Source: Chloroflexota bacterium (GTDB lineage: Bacteria; Chloroflexota; UBA11872; VXOZ01). Taken from it: a stretch of DNA of 64,000 nt. Positions 61,387 through 64,000 of this stretch are shown in pieces; the stretch's first letter is position 1, and each line of letters starts with the position of its first letter. The position numbers and the translations under genes were made by a program. The notes beneath the pieces are model-generated. The model saw only the letters and a program-made list of their open reading frames with translations, was not told the origin of the DNA and did not search any database. The stretch is from assembly GCA_964291655.2 (NCBI GenBank), contig OZ219802.1, positions 192,001 to 256,000 of the forward strand, written 5' to 3'.

Positions 61387-62094
61387 ATGCCTATGACCGC
61401 CATAGACTTGCGCTGGTGGACCCATTTCAAGACAATTGGCGCCGTCCGCGTTGCCCATGTTAACCTGCGACCTCAACCGGAGGCAGAAGCGGCTGCGTAT
61501 CGATGGCTAGACGAAGGGGAACAAGATCGGTTTCAGCGCTTCGCTTTTGACGGCCCACGACGCAGGTTTGCCCTATGTCGTTCCGCCCTGCGGGCCATCC
61601 TCTGCGATCAGTTGAGGTGTGAGAACGAAGACCTCTTCTTTGCCAGCTCTCCTTTTGGCAAACCAATCGCCCGACAAAGAGACGCGCCGGCCGCAGTCAG
61701 CTTCAACGTCAGCCACAGCGGCGATCACGGGCTGGTAGCCTACGCACCAACCGGAAGGCTGGGCGTGGACGTTGAAGAGCGCGATGGGCACCGCAACCTT
61801 GACGTGCTTATAGACACCGTGTTTACGTGCGACGAAGAGGCGGCAATACGGTCGCAACAGGGACCTGGGCGCGTCCACCTCTTCTACGGGCTCTGGACGA
61901 TGAAGGAAGCCCTGATGAAGGCCCAGGGCGAGGGCATCCATCTGGACGCTGCCAGCATCCGGCTTCCTGAGTCCATGCTGCGGGGTACTCAGCAGGGCTC
62001 AATGGAATTGTCCCAGTTTCCCGGTGTTTCATGGCACGTTCAAGACCTTGGAAACGAAGAGTTCGCGGCTGCCGTTGCCTTTGAGATAGACTGA
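61387..62094 (+). CDS. supC: Sfp-type 4'-phosphopantetheinyl transferase (start uncertain)
   Basis: FGKP, FNVSHS, LGVDVE, WTMKEALMKA.G.G. Confidence 0.9.
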   Translation: MPMTAIDLRWWTHFKTIGAVRVAHVNLRPQPEAEAAAYRWLDEGEQDRFQRFAFDGPRRRFALCRSALRAILCDQLRCENEDLFFASSPFGKPIARQRDAPAAVSFNVSHSGDHGLVAYAPTGRLGVDVEERDGHRNLDVLIDTVFTCDEEAAIRSQQGPGRVHLFYGLWTMKEALMKAQGEGIHLDAASIRLPESMLRGTQQGSMELSQFPGVSWHVQDLGNEEFAAAVAFEID

Positions 62095-62123
62095 AGCCAC
62101 AAGTAACAAGAACAGTACAATTC

Positions 62124-63032
62124 ATGGCGAATTCAAAGACGGTATGGGAGGTACCCGAGCCCCACGCCACGTTGGACGTGCGGGTAGATAGCGATACCAC
62201 AATTAGGCTGCGGCGCCACGGTAATTCCAACGGGCCGCGGCTGGTGTTAAGCCATGGCAACGGCCTTGCGATTGACCTCTATTATCCCTTTTGGTCGCAC
62301 TTGACAAGCGAATTCGACGTGATAGTCCACGATCTGAGGAACCATGGCTGGAATGCAGTGACTTCGGCGAGGGAGCACACTATTGCTACCTTTGCGTCTG
62401 ACCATGACATCCTGCTTGATGCCATTGAGATAAACTTCGGGAAGAAGCCCATCAGCGGCGTCTACCACTCGGTCTCCGCGCTGACAACTCTGGTCTCTCC
62501 CACCAAGGGCAGCCGCCACGCATCGCTCATTCTCTTCGATCCCCCGCTGTGCAAGCCTGGCGCCAGCTTTGAGGAATTCGATACCGCAGCCACACGTGCA
62601 GCCGGCATGGCACGCCGCCGCACCTTCCACTTCAACTCCAGGGAGGACTTTGTGGAATTACTTGGCTTCTCACCGATTTTTCAGCATACGGTGCCCGGAA
62701 CTATCGAACTCGTGGCACAAGCGACGTTGAGGGATAGTGAGGGTGGAACGGGCTTTGAGCTATGCTGCCCTCCCGAATACGAAGCGCAGATTGTCGACTA
62801 TGCCAGTCCTTATGCCGTACTTGTGGACTTTCGAAAGTTTCACTGTCCCATTAAGGTCATTGGAGCTGACCCCACCTTGCCATATTCCTATCTGCCAACC
62901 CTGGATCTCAGTGACATCCTGAGCGTGGACTATGACTTCCTGCCCGATGCGACACACTTCCTCTCACTGGAAAAACCGGAGGAGTGCGCGGACATCGTGC
63001 GGAAATTCATTGCTGAGCATGCGTCTGACTAG
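62124..63032 (+). CDS. Alpha/beta hydrolase of the sup cluster
   Basis: LSHGNG, HDLRNHGWN, nucleophile elbow YHSVS, THFL.LE.P. Confidence 0.88.
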   Translation: MANSKTVWEVPEPHATLDVRVDSDTTIRLRRHGNSNGPRLVLSHGNGLAIDLYYPFWSHLTSEFDVIVHDLRNHGWNAVTSAREHTIATFASDHDILLDAIEINFGKKPISGVYHSVSALTTLVSPTKGSRHASLILFDPPLCKPGASFEEFDTAATRAAGMARRRTFHFNSREDFVELLGFSPIFQHTVPGTIELVAQATLRDSEGGTGFELCCPPEYEAQIVDYASPYAVLVDFRKFHCPIKVIGADPTLPYSYLPTLDLSDILSVDYDFLPDATHFLSLEKPEECADIVRKFIAEHASD

Positions 63033-63247
63033 AGCAGCATGTTTCGTTAGGGTCGGTTGGCGGGGGCGGAACCGCACCCCTGAACGTGTGAGGCACAATC
63101 AGACCGGGACCCAGGAGGATAGTCCCGCACGGCGTGCCTGTGGGGGGTTGGACGAGCCCAATTGCGCGGGCGGGGAGCGAAAGAGATCGTGAGAGCGTCT
63201 CGGTCCGCCTCAGCAGTGGGGGATGCAACGCTGAGGAACTCGCTGGT

Positions 63248-64000
63248 CTATTGTGCTCTCTCGACACGCACCGTTACGATGTCCATGCCGTGGTACTTTT
63301 GGTGCCGCACCGCAGTCGCATAGTGCCGTAGCAGCCGAAACGACACTTCTCTATCATCGTCTGCTTCGCTCTGTTCGTCGAGATGTGCCAGCCGGTCTTC
63401 CAGATTTTCTTCCGCGAACACCGCCGAGAATTCCAATTCCAGCGCATTGCCTTCCGGGCGTGTGGCAATTATCAAGCGCGGCACTTTGTCCGAGGGGTGC
63501 GCACTTTCCGGTCGCAGCAGGCTCGCGAGAGTTTCTTCACCCGCAGAGCGCAGGCGGTCAATAGACTCTTCGTTCCAACCCAGCTTGGCAGCGACTTCCT
63601 GCAGAAAAGCGTCAATCTGGGGCAGGTCGGAGTTGGCCAGACGCACCTGCAAGCGCCGGCGTCGCGGTCCCGTTATGTCTAGGAGTACCGTTAACGCGAT
63701 GGCTATTGCTGCGCCGATGGTTATGCCGTTGCCCAGCAATCCATCCCATGGCGCGCGCAAAACGCCCTCAAAGATGTTCTGGTGCTGTAAGCCAACCCCA
63801 ATTGAGAACGACAGCCCGACAACTAGAGCGTCTTGGTAACCAAGCCCCGAGCGCGAGACAGTGCGTATGCCCTCGAAAAAGAGAATCCCAATTGCCACTA
63901 ACAAGAATGCGCCCATAATCGGGTTGGGGATAGTGAGAAGCAAGCCGGTTACTTTGGGAAACAGCGCCAGGATTAGGAAAATCACCCCCATGGCGTAGGC
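63248..64000 (-). CDS. Xanthine/uracil (NCS2) permease, 3' part, with a soluble C-terminal extension; runs off the window
   Basis: FPKV..LL..IP.PI.G, VGLS..IG.G, L.NGI..G NCS2 motifs, then ~130 hydrophilic residues. Confidence 0.82.
   Translation of the reverse strand, partial: AYAMGVIFLILALFPKVTGLLLTIPNPIMGAFLLVAIGILFFEGIRTVSRSGLGYQDALVVGLSFSIGVGLQHQNIFEGVLRAPWDGLLGNGITIGAAIAIALTVLLDITGPRRRRLQVRLANSDLPQIDAFLQEVAAKLGWNEESIDRLRSAGEETLASLLRPESAHPSDKVPRLIIATRPEGNALELEFSAVFAEENLEDRLAHLDEQSEADDDREVSFRLLRHYATAVRHQKYHGMDIVTVRVERAQ

Overview
This is a GC-rich bacterial chromosome segment. The 16S rRNA gene suggests Chloroflexota, and a sup-type PKS cluster suggests a marine-sponge symbiont (both are inferences). 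In order, it carries: the tail of an EPS/capsule cluster, holB and metabolic genes (1-13.2 kb); an ~11.3-kb minus-strand tandem array (13.2-24.6 kb); Crp-DUF3179, GH51 arabinofuranosidase, a methyltransferase/flavin-oxidase operon, an IS5 remnant and tRNA-His (25-39 kb); a stand-alone, primer-mismatched 16S gene, a reduced RNase P RNA and initiator tRNA (39-42.5 kb); sulfite-oxidase, ABC, ADH and SBP genes; and a sup-type cluster (PKS KS-AT-DH-cMT-ER-KR-ACP-KS-AT0, ACP, PPTase, hydrolase, permease; 50.4-64 kb). The most notable feature is the array. Six intact, divergent TolB/PD40 beta-propeller lipoprotein genes alternate with six variable C-terminal fragments of a zinc metallopeptidase (HExxH...HP...CSPHP.DI.A..A.YQ). 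All three N-terminal 'head' genes of the large secreted parent protein are broken; two are fused out of frame to a peptidase tail. Near-identical ~170-bp repeats span three cassette junctions. The layout resembles orphan effector-CT/immunity cassette arrays of polymorphic toxin systems, but with a metzincin-like/beta-propeller pairing I do not recognise as a described system.
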